Positions 58,848-64,000 of a stretch of DNA of 64,000 bases are shown here, in pieces. The notes below the pieces were generated by a model. It saw nothing but the letters and a program-made list of their open reading frames with translations. It ran no database searches and was not told where the DNA came from. Source of the stretch: an uncultured bacterium. GTDB lineage: Bacteria; Krumholzibacteriota; Krumholzibacteriia; Krumholzibacteriales; Krumholzibacteriaceae. The DNA lies in the NCBI GenBank assembly GCA_963747385.1, contig CAVVEY010000006.1, positions 88,118 to 152,117 of the forward strand. The letters are read 5' to 3'. The position numbers were made by a program, and so were the translations under genes. Numbering within the stretch: the stretch's first letter is position 1; each line of letters starts with the position of its first letter.

Positions 58848-60632
58848 ATGACTTTTTGCGACAACCGAAGAAGACGGCTCTTGCTCTCATTGGGCTTGGC
58901 GCTCCTGCTGTGCGCAATCTATTCGTGCGGCGAATCGAGCGTCGAGCTCACGAGGGAGCTCCCCCCCTCGTACGCGTGGCGTCAGCAGCTCACCGCGCGC
59001 GGGTTCACAGGCCTCTGGGGCAAGGGAGCGGAGCTCTTCGCCGTCGGCAACTACGGAACGATATTCCACCGCTCCCGATACGGCTGGTATTCCATGAATA
59101 GCGGCGTCGCGAGCGGCTCCTTCTACTCGGTGTGGGGATCGGACGTCGACGACATATACGCCGTGTGGTCCTCCGGCCACGAGGGCGCCATTTACCGCTA
59201 CGACGGCGCATCGTGGACGCGCGCGTGGTACAACCACAATTATACCGTGCTCGATATCTGGGGCGGCTCCGCCGATACGATCTTCGTGGTCGGCGAGAGC
59301 ATCCTGATGCGGGGGACGAAAACGGAGTGGCGAGTCGCCTCATACTGTTCCGCGACACTTTCGGGCGTGTGGGGGTTCTCCGCGAGGGACGTGTTCGTCA
59401 CCGGCTACTCGAGCTACTACAATGCAAGCGTATTCGGCCGCTATGACGGAAGCACGCTGAATCTCATCGCGACGAATCTGCCGCTGTACCTCCATGACGT
59501 CTGGGGAAGCTCGCCGACGGACGTGTACATCGTCGGGTATAGCGGGAGGATCTATCATTACGACGGCTCCGCCCTGACCGCCATGGAGAGCGGAACCTCG
59601 AGCGATCTCCTCCGCGTATGGGGCACGTCGAAAGATAACGTGTTCGCCTGCGGGAAGGACGGCGTCATCGTCCACTTCGACGGCTCGCAGTGGAGTCCGA
59701 TGCCGACCGGAACGTCCCTGTGGATCTGGTGCGGATGGGCGGGGAACGCCCAGGAGATCTACGCGGCGGGGGAGTCGGGCTCGGTGTACCGCCTCGACGG
59801 CGGCCGGTGGATGCGCGAGATGAACGGCACATCGTACGCCTTCGAGGACGCCTCGGGCACGTCGAGCACCAACGTATTCATGGTGGGCCTGGGCGGGACG
59901 ATTCACCGCTACGACGGGATCGGATGGAGTTCGATGGAGAGCCCGGTGACCGTTGACCTCTTCGGCGTGTGCGCGGTCGCTCCGAACGACGTCTACGCCG
60001 TGGGGGATGGCGGGACCATCCTCCATTTCGACGGCGTCTCGTGGAGCGCCGTCGAAAGCGGAACGACGAACCGGCTTCTCGACGTGTGGGGCTCTTCGAG
60101 CGGGGAGATCTACGCGGTCGGCGCGGCCGGCACGGTTCTGCGACGCCTCAGGGGAAGCTGGAAGCAGGTGAGCGTCCCGACGTCGGAGGATCTCTACGGA
60201 ATCTGGGGAGACGGAAAGGGAAGATGGATCGTCGCGGCTTCGAGAGGCACGTTCCTCCACTACGACGACAATCGATGGACCTTCGTAACGCTCGGCACGG
60301 ATCAGACGTTCTGCGGAGGGCTCTGGGGCAGCTCGGTGAACGACGTCTACGCGGTCGGTACATACGGCATCATAGTCCACTACGACGGCCGGAGGTGGAG
60401 ACCGGTCGAGAGCGGCTGTCTCGAGCATCTCTACGGCATCTGGGGATCGTCCGCCGACAACATCCTCGCCGTCGCCGGCCACGGCACGGTCCTTCGATTC
60501 GACGGAAAATCCTGGAGCGCTCTCGGCCTCGATACGTCCGAGGACGTGCGATGCGTCTGGGGATCTTCTCCCCGGGACGTCTTCCTCGGAGGCGCAGGAG
60601 GAACGGCGTTTCGAAGCGTTCCAAATCCGTGA
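58848..60632 (+). CDS. paralogous 14-repeat beta-propeller lipoprotein
   Basis: Signal and lipobox LALLLCAIYSCG. It has the same repeat as the divergent neighbour, and I counted 14 units. Confidence 0.7.
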   Translation: MTFCDNRRRRLLLSLGLALLLCAIYSCGESSVELTRELPPSYAWRQQLTARGFTGLWGKGAELFAVGNYGTIFHRSRYGWYSMNSGVASGSFYSVWGSDVDDIYAVWSSGHEGAIYRYDGASWTRAWYNHNYTVLDIWGGSADTIFVVGESILMRGTKTEWRVASYCSATLSGVWGFSARDVFVTGYSSYYNASVFGRYDGSTLNLIATNLPLYLHDVWGSSPTDVYIVGYSGRIYHYDGSALTAMESGTSSDLLRVWGTSKDNVFACGKDGVIVHFDGSQWSPMPTGTSLWIWCGWAGNAQEIYAAGESGSVYRLDGGRWMREMNGTSYAFEDASGTSSTNVFMVGLGGTIHRYDGIGWSSMESPVTVDLFGVCAVAPNDVYAVGDGGTILHFDGVSWSAVESGTTNRLLDVWGSSSGEIYAVGAAGTVLRRLRGSWKQVSVPTSEDLYGIWGDGKGRWIVAASRGTFLHYDDNRWTFVTLGTDQTFCGGLWGSSVNDVYAVGTYGIIVHYDGRRWRPVESGCLEHLYGIWGSSADNILAVAGHGTVLRFDGKSWSALGLDTSEDVRCVWGSSPRDVFLGGAGGTAFRSVPNP

Positions 60633-60642
60633 CGAGGCCGAT

Positions 60643-61158
60643 ATGATACCCATCAGAAAAGAACAACCCGGCGACGAGGAACAGATCCGGTTCGTCAATA
60701 CGCGCGCTTTCGGGCAAAACGCCGAGGCCGACATCGTCGACACCCTGCGACGAACATGCCCCGAGGGCGTCTCCCTCGTCGCCCTGCGCGACAGAATAAT
60801 AGCCGGGCACATTCTCTTCACTCCCGCCGAGATCGTTTCCGCGAAAGGAAGCTTCCACGGCATGGGCCTCGCCCCCATGTCGGTGCTGCCGGAGCTCCAG
60901 CGCCAGGGAATCGGCTCGGCGCTTGTGCGTGCAGGCATCGAGGAGATTCGCCGAGCCTCACAGCCGTTTATCATTGTGCTCGGGCACCCGACGTACTATC
61001 CTCGCTTCGGATTCGTCCCGGCGTCGCGCTGCGGAATCACGAGCGAATATAACGGCGTGCCGGACGAGGCGTTCATGATGCTTGTGCTCGACGAATCCGC
61101 GCTGGCAGGCGTTGCCGGAACTGCGAAATACCGCCCCGAGTTCGCGGCAGCGGTCTGA
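60643..61158 (+). CDS. GNAT-family N-acetyltransferase (YhbS-like)
   Basis: 171-aa ORF. The acetyl-CoA loop reads LPELQRQGIGSALV, followed by LGHPTYYPRFGF. Confidence 0.75.
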   Translation: MIPIRKEQPGDEEQIRFVNTRAFGQNAEADIVDTLRRTCPEGVSLVALRDRIIAGHILFTPAEIVSAKGSFHGMGLAPMSVLPELQRQGIGSALVRAGIEEIRRASQPFIIVLGHPTYYPRFGFVPASRCGITSEYNGVPDEAFMMLVLDESALAGVAGTAKYRPEFAAAV

Positions 61159-61207
61159 ACGCGCCGCGCGAAGCGGCACAATTCTCTCGTTTCAAAAGGA
61201 GGCAGTT

Positions 61208-62095
61208 ATGAGCGGACTTCAATTCGGCTGGATGTTCATCCTGGGCGTCATTGTAGTGATCCTCTTCCTCATGGGCGTCAGGATCATCCGCCCGACGCAT
61301 CGAGGGCTTGTCGAGCGACTCGGGAAATACCAGCGGTTCGGGAATCCGGGATTCCACTGGATCACCCCCTTTATCGAGCGCATGTATCAGGTGAACGTCA
61401 CCGAGCTCATGGTTGACGCCGATCCGCAGGAGATCATCACGAACGACAACCTGAACGCGATGGTCGACGCGCAGATCTACTACCGCGTCAAGTCCGACGA
61501 GGAGAGCGTCAAGAGCTCCCAGTACAACGTGAACAACGTCCATTGGCAGATCGTCAACCTCGCGCGCACCACGCTCCGAAACATCATCGGCACGCTGACC
61601 CTGAAATCGGCCAACAGCGAGCGGGGCAAGATCAACGACGAGCTCCACAAGGTGCTCATCCAGGAGACGCATTCGTGGGGCATCGACATCGTACGCGCCG
61701 AGCTCAAGCAGATCGATCCGCCGAAGGACGTCCAGGACACGATGAACAAGATCGTCAAAGCGGAGAACGAGAAGATCGCAGCGGTCGATTTCGCGACCGC
61801 AGCCGAGACGACGGCCGACGGCATCAAGCGCGCCGAGATCAAGAAAGCGGAAGGCATCCGGCAGGCGAGGATCCTCGCGGCGCAGGGGGAAGCGGAGGCC
61901 ATCCGCCTCGTGAACGACGCCGCGGACAAGTATTTCATCGGGAACGCCCAGCTGCTCAAGAAGCTCGAGATGGTCCAGGTGTCGCTCAAGGACAACGCGA
62001 AGATCGTCGTGCCGGCCAACACGGAGCTCATCAACGTCATCGGCGATATGGCGGGCGTGCTGCCGCTTCGAATGGGGCAACACGAAAAGCCCTAG
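61208..62095 (+). CDS. SPFH/band-7 (stomatin-like) membrane protein
   Basis: RBS AAAGGAGG, an N-terminal TM (WMFILGVIVVILFLMGV), then a PHB-domain pattern and an Ala/Glu-rich coiled coil. Confidence 0.8.
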   Translation: MSGLQFGWMFILGVIVVILFLMGVRIIRPTHRGLVERLGKYQRFGNPGFHWITPFIERMYQVNVTELMVDADPQEIITNDNLNAMVDAQIYYRVKSDEESVKSSQYNVNNVHWQIVNLARTTLRNIIGTLTLKSANSERGKINDELHKVLIQETHSWGIDIVRAELKQIDPPKDVQDTMNKIVKAENEKIAAVDFATAAETTADGIKRAEIKKAEGIRQARILAAQGEAEAIRLVNDAADKYFIGNAQLLKKLEMVQVSLKDNAKIVVPANTELINVIGDMAGVLPLRMGQHEKP

Positions 62096-63117
62096 CAGAT
62101 CCTCGGAAGCAGATCGCCGTAGGGGATATCGACGACGCGTTCGCCGCCGAAGACGGTCTTGAGAATCACCATTCCCGGCGGGCCCGCGGCGACCTCGCCG
62201 ATCCGCGCCGCGCCGCGGCCGAGTGGATGCGCCCTCATGAACGCGAGCGCCTCATCCGCGTCCTCGCTCGCCACGACGGCGACGAACTTCCCCTCGTTCG
62301 CGATGTGCAGGGGATCGTACCCCATCAGCTCGCAGCCGCGTTTCACCGCTTCCAAGACGGGTATCGCCTCCTCGACGAGGCGTATGCACGCCGCCGAATC
62401 GGCCGCGATCTCGTTGAGGACCGAGGCGAGCCCCCCGCGCGTCGCGTCCCGCATCGCGCGCACCGTCTTCACCCGCTCGAGCAGCGGGACGATGAGATTC
62501 GAGAGCGGCGCCGTGTCGCTCGCGAGATCGCTTCCGAAATCGATTCCCTCCCGGCGGCTCATGATGGCGAGCCCGTGCTCGCCGATCGTCCCGTTGATGA
62601 GCACGGCGTCTCCCGGCCGCACCGAGGCCGAAGAAAGCTCGACGCCCGGCGGAATAACGCCGATCCCGGACGTATTGATGAATATCCCGTCCGCCTTGCC
62701 GCGCTCGACGACCTTCGTATCCCCCGTGACGACGCTCACGCCCGCTTCCCGCGCGGCGAGAGCTACGGAATCGAGCACGCGATCGAACGTCTCGAACGGG
62801 AGGCCCTCCTCGACGATGAACGAGAGCGAGAGCCAGAGCGGCCGCGCGCCCGATACGGCGAGGTCGTTCACCGTCCCGCATACGGCGAGGCGCCCGATGT
62901 CCCCCCCGGGAAAAAACAGAGGGCTCACGACGAACGAGTCCGTGGTGAATGCGATGCGCCCGGCGTTCATCGGGAGCGTCACGCTGTCCTGGAGGGGGCC
63001 CTTTGCGCCCCCGAGCTTCCCGACAATTCTCTCGACGAGCTCCTTCATCAGGATCCCCCCGCCCCCGTGGGCGAGAAGGATGCGTTCGCTCCCCTTTTCA
63101 GCCATTGAGCTATTCAC
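62092..63117 (-). CDS. hypE: hydrogenase maturation protein HypE
   Basis: ILLAHGGGG, FTTDSFVV, VNDLAVSGA, MRDATRGG and the C-terminal PRIC motif. Confidence 0.9.
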   Translation of the reverse strand: MNSSMAEKGSERILLAHGGGGILMKELVERIVGKLGGAKGPLQDSVTLPMNAGRIAFTTDSFVVSPLFFPGGDIGRLAVCGTVNDLAVSGARPLWLSLSFIVEEGLPFETFDRVLDSVALAAREAGVSVVTGDTKVVERGKADGIFINTSGIGVIPPGVELSSASVRPGDAVLINGTIGEHGLAIMSRREGIDFGSDLASDTAPLSNLIVPLLERVKTVRAMRDATRGGLASVLNEIAADSAACIRLVEEAIPVLEAVKRGCELMGYDPLHIANEGKFVAVVASEDADEALAFMRAHPLGRGAARIGEVAAGPPGMVILKTVFGGERVVDIPYGDLLPRIC

Positions 63118-64000
63118 TCCCTTTCAGCAATTGCGCGGCGCCGACGACGAGCTGTCCGAACGCGATGCCGCCGTCGTTCGGAGGCACGAGCCCGTGCTGG
63201 TGGAAGCGCAGCGGCGAGCCCAGCGCTCGCTCCATGACGCACTCGCAGAGGAATCTGTTCTGAAACACGCCCCCCGAGAGAACGACGTCCGTGCACCCGT
63301 GCGCCTTCGAGAGCTCCGTCGCCAGATCGACGACGAGCCCCGCCACTCCACGATGAAACGCGGCCGCGATAGCGGTGAGCTCCCGCCCTTTGGCCAGGTC
63401 GCCCACGATCGCCGCGACGACCGGGGCCGGATCTATTTCCAGGCGGCCGCCGGGGACGGCCTTCCATTCGAACGCGTAGGCGCCCCGCGCGTCCGTCGCC
63501 TCGAGCGCGAGAGCCTCGAGAGCGACCGCGGCCTCGGCCTCGTAGCTCACGAGCGCTCCGCAGTCGAGCAGGAAAGCCACCGCGTCGAAGAGCCGCCCCA
63601 TGCTCGATGCGAGCGGGGAATTGACCCCCCGCTTCGCGATGGCGAGCACCTCTCTCGCCGGCAATCCATCGAACGAGATCGGCCGGGGAAGCGCCTTCTC
63701 GAGCACGGCGTCTCCAAAGACGCTCCGCAGATGAACGAGCGCCATTCTCCACGGCTCGCGAATCGCCGCTTCTCCGCCGGGGAGCGGCGCATACTTCAGC
63801 GCGGCGAGCCTTTCGAACCCGTCGTAGCGGGCCAGGAAGAACTCTCCCCCCCAAAGCGCCCCGTCCGTTCCGTACCCCGTCCCGTCGAAGGCCACGCCGA
63901 TGGCCGGCCCGGAAAGACCGCGTTCGGCCATGACGCCCGCGACGTGGGCGTGGTGGTGCTGGACGGCGATCGTCTTCACGTCGCCGATCGAACCGGCGAG
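63110..64000 (-). CDS. hypF: carbamoyltransferase HypF, C-terminal part (gene continues beyond the window)
   Basis: VQHHHAHVAGVMAE, FDGTGYGTDGALWGGEF, SSMGRLFDAVA, LSGGVFQN. The frame stays open to the window edge. It overlaps the hypE start by 8 nt. Confidence 0.85.
   Translation of the reverse strand, partial: LAGSIGDVKTIAVQHHHAHVAGVMAERGLSGPAIGVAFDGTGYGTDGALWGGEFFLARYDGFERLAALKYAPLPGGEAAIREPWRMALVHLRSVFGDAVLEKALPRPISFDGLPAREVLAIAKRGVNSPLASSMGRLFDAVAFLLDCGALVSYEAEAAVALEALALEATDARGAYAFEWKAVPGGRLEIDPAPVVAAIVGDLAKGRELTAIAAAFHRGVAGLVVDLATELSKAHGCTDVVLSGGVFQNRFLCECVMERALGSPLRFHQHGLVPPNDGGIAFGQLVVGAAQLLKGSE

Noticed and set aside
62092-64000. hypF directly followed by hypE, without hypC or hypD between them
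   Set aside because: The gene order may simply differ in this lineage, and the window ends inside hypF. Absence of hypCD or hydrogenase genes cannot be judged from this window.

Overview
High-GC bacterial chromosomal window, roughly 65-70% GC by eye, probably from an uncultured or draft genome. I call about 60 protein genes and 4 tRNAs, and I see no rRNA, CRISPR array, or recognisable transposase, integrase or phage gene. The backbone is housekeeping: rsgA, ptsN, nfo, trxB, a fabL-like SDR, nth, comM, gltX, ilvC, tilS-hpt-ftsH-folP-cdaA, guaB and hypE/hypF. Regulatory and envelope blocks sit between these.

Main conclusions:
1. About 25 reading-frame breaks interrupt conserved genes. Every one I could resolve is a single extra base, usually in a short homopolymer, so the ORF track splits many real genes, while the high GC content also creates long fake antisense ORFs.
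2. A tight five-gene minus-strand operon (41263-48534) looks like a rewired chemosensory module. It has a sensor-less MCP-like protein and a CheA-like protein with a CheW domain but apparently no phospho-His or ATP-binding motifs. It also has an excisionase-type HTH, a STAS-GAF protein with a degenerate HD-GYP, and a REC-GAF protein with an intact HD-GYP. This is my best candidate for an undescribed system.
3. Three, possibly four, in-frame UGA codons lie between clearly coding sequence in the same frame. They sit at Cys-type positions (PCG-U, CGS-U, T-U-MSQTC), and each has a GC-rich hairpin 13-18 nt downstream. All are in exported or membrane proteins, near a thioredoxin-fold/beta-barrel fusion and an ArsR regulator. 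This suggests an envelope selenocysteine redox set.
4. Other items:
   - a roughly 1500-aa pseudokinase / P-loop / TPR / GAF / sigma-54-activator gene;
   - an unannotated 42-aa Lys/Ala-rich protein with very strong expression signals;
   - a pdaD-speB-deoxyhypusine-synthase-like polyamine operon;
   - two divergent 14-blade beta-propeller lipoprotein paralogs next to an ECF sigma/anti-sigma pair.

All domain calls come from reading the translations by eye. No database search was run.
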